A DNA stretch of 32,000 nt from NCBI RefSeq assembly GCF_012276755.1, contig NZ_JAAXKX010000007.1, positions 70,317 to 102,316 of the forward strand, given 5' to 3'. Both the position numbers and the translations under genes were made by a program. The first letter of the stretch is position 1. Every line of letters starts with the position of its first letter. The DNA comes from Marichromatium bheemlicum. Its GTDB lineage: Bacteria > Pseudomonadota > Gammaproteobacteria > Chromatiales > Chromatiaceae. The notes beneath the pieces were generated by a model. That model saw only the letters and a program-made list of their open reading frames with translations, did not search any database and was not told where the DNA came from. Below are positions 29,976 to 32,000 of the stretch, piece by piece.

Positions 29976-30270
29976 GATCTCGGTCCATGAACGGCGCGTG
30001 GCGAAGGCATCCGTCGCCAAGGCCGTCGGGTGGTGCGGGTGCGATGCCGGATCACGCCGTGCGTGCGGTCGCGAGTGTCCGCATGCCCGGGGCCTGGGTG
30101 GCGCTGGCGGGGCGTTTGCTGGACGGCCCGCCGGGGATGATCGCGACAGTCTACTGACAATCCTCAATGTGAGGGTGACCGGGGCACATCGACAAGACCC
30201 TGGTGTCTGACACAATCAGTCCACACGCTAGGTGTCAGTGAGTCCCTACTCGTCGTGAGGAGTGCTCGAC

Positions 30271-31845
<1,575 letters not shown>

Positions 31846-31875
31846 GGGGCGGGTCGTGCTGGGGCCGAAACGATG

Positions 31876-31907
31876 CGCCCCCGGGCCGGGTGTCGGCACC
31901 GGGGGCG
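31876..31907. terminator. Possible bidirectional intrinsic terminator between convergent genes
   Basis: Perfect 9-bp GC stem cgcccccgg / ccgggggcg with a 14-nt loop. It is followed by tt on the plus strand and by a ttt-containing tail on the minus strand. Confidence 0.4.
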
Positions 31908-31938
31908 TTGCGGGCTCAAGGTCCCGCGCGGTGGGTGA

Positions 31939-32000
31939 TCACTTCAGCTCGACGCGGCGGCGCTCGGCGCGCTCGGTCTTCGGCAGGTGGACCTCGAGGA
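31939..32000 (-). CDS. 3' end of an unidentified minus-strand gene running off the window (...LEVHLPKTERAERRRVELK*)
   Basis: Open frame from the window edge to a TGA at 31939-31941, followed by the hairpin above. It is too short to identify. Confidence 0.3.
   Translation of the reverse strand, partial: LEVHLPKTERAERRRVELK

Overview
GC-rich chromosomal segment with gammaproteobacterial housekeeping gene order. I call 36 CDS plus one 3' gene fragment. I found no rRNA, tRNA, CRISPR array, transposase or integrase.

Layout, left to right:
- A 5'-truncated NifA-like sigma-54 activator, convergent with spoT-rpoZ-gmk (minus strand).
- A complete, tightly coupled 13-gene C-P lyase / phosphonate uptake operon, phnCDEFGHIJKLMNP without phnO (minus strand, 15649 down to 5158).
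- An unusual 460-bp spacer (15650-16111).
- yicC (minus strand).
- On the plus strand: a stand-alone Hanks-type Ser/Thr kinase, then rph-rdgB-yggS-proC-yggT-yggU-DUF4426.
- A DsbD_2/TauE-like membrane protein, pyrE and a DUF4124 protein.
- argB-dut-coaBC (minus strand), radC (plus strand), ttcA plus a metallophosphoesterase (minus strand), and a GNAT/carbon-nitrogen-hydrolase fusion.

From memory, the backbone (radC-coaBC-dut-argB ... pyrE ... rph-yicC-gmk-rpoZ-spoT) resembles the Pseudomonas PA5319-PA5338 neighbourhood. On that comparison the phn operon and the kinase look like insertions.

The most unusual sequence-level signals lie in the yicC-phnC spacer:
- Two abutting perfect heptanucleotide arrays, (GCTGTTA)11 and (CTGGCGA)7, sit in one continuous 7-nt register.
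- They face an 11-unit decayed array of the reverse-complement type (NNNCAGC).
- Next to them are a Pho-box-like triple repeat and a perfect PhnF/HutC-type palindrome.
- The 11-mer containing that palindrome recurs at the phnE-phnF junction.

Most other long ORFs in the track are antisense or out-of-frame artefacts of high GC content. No defence, toxin-antitoxin or mobile system could be supported.
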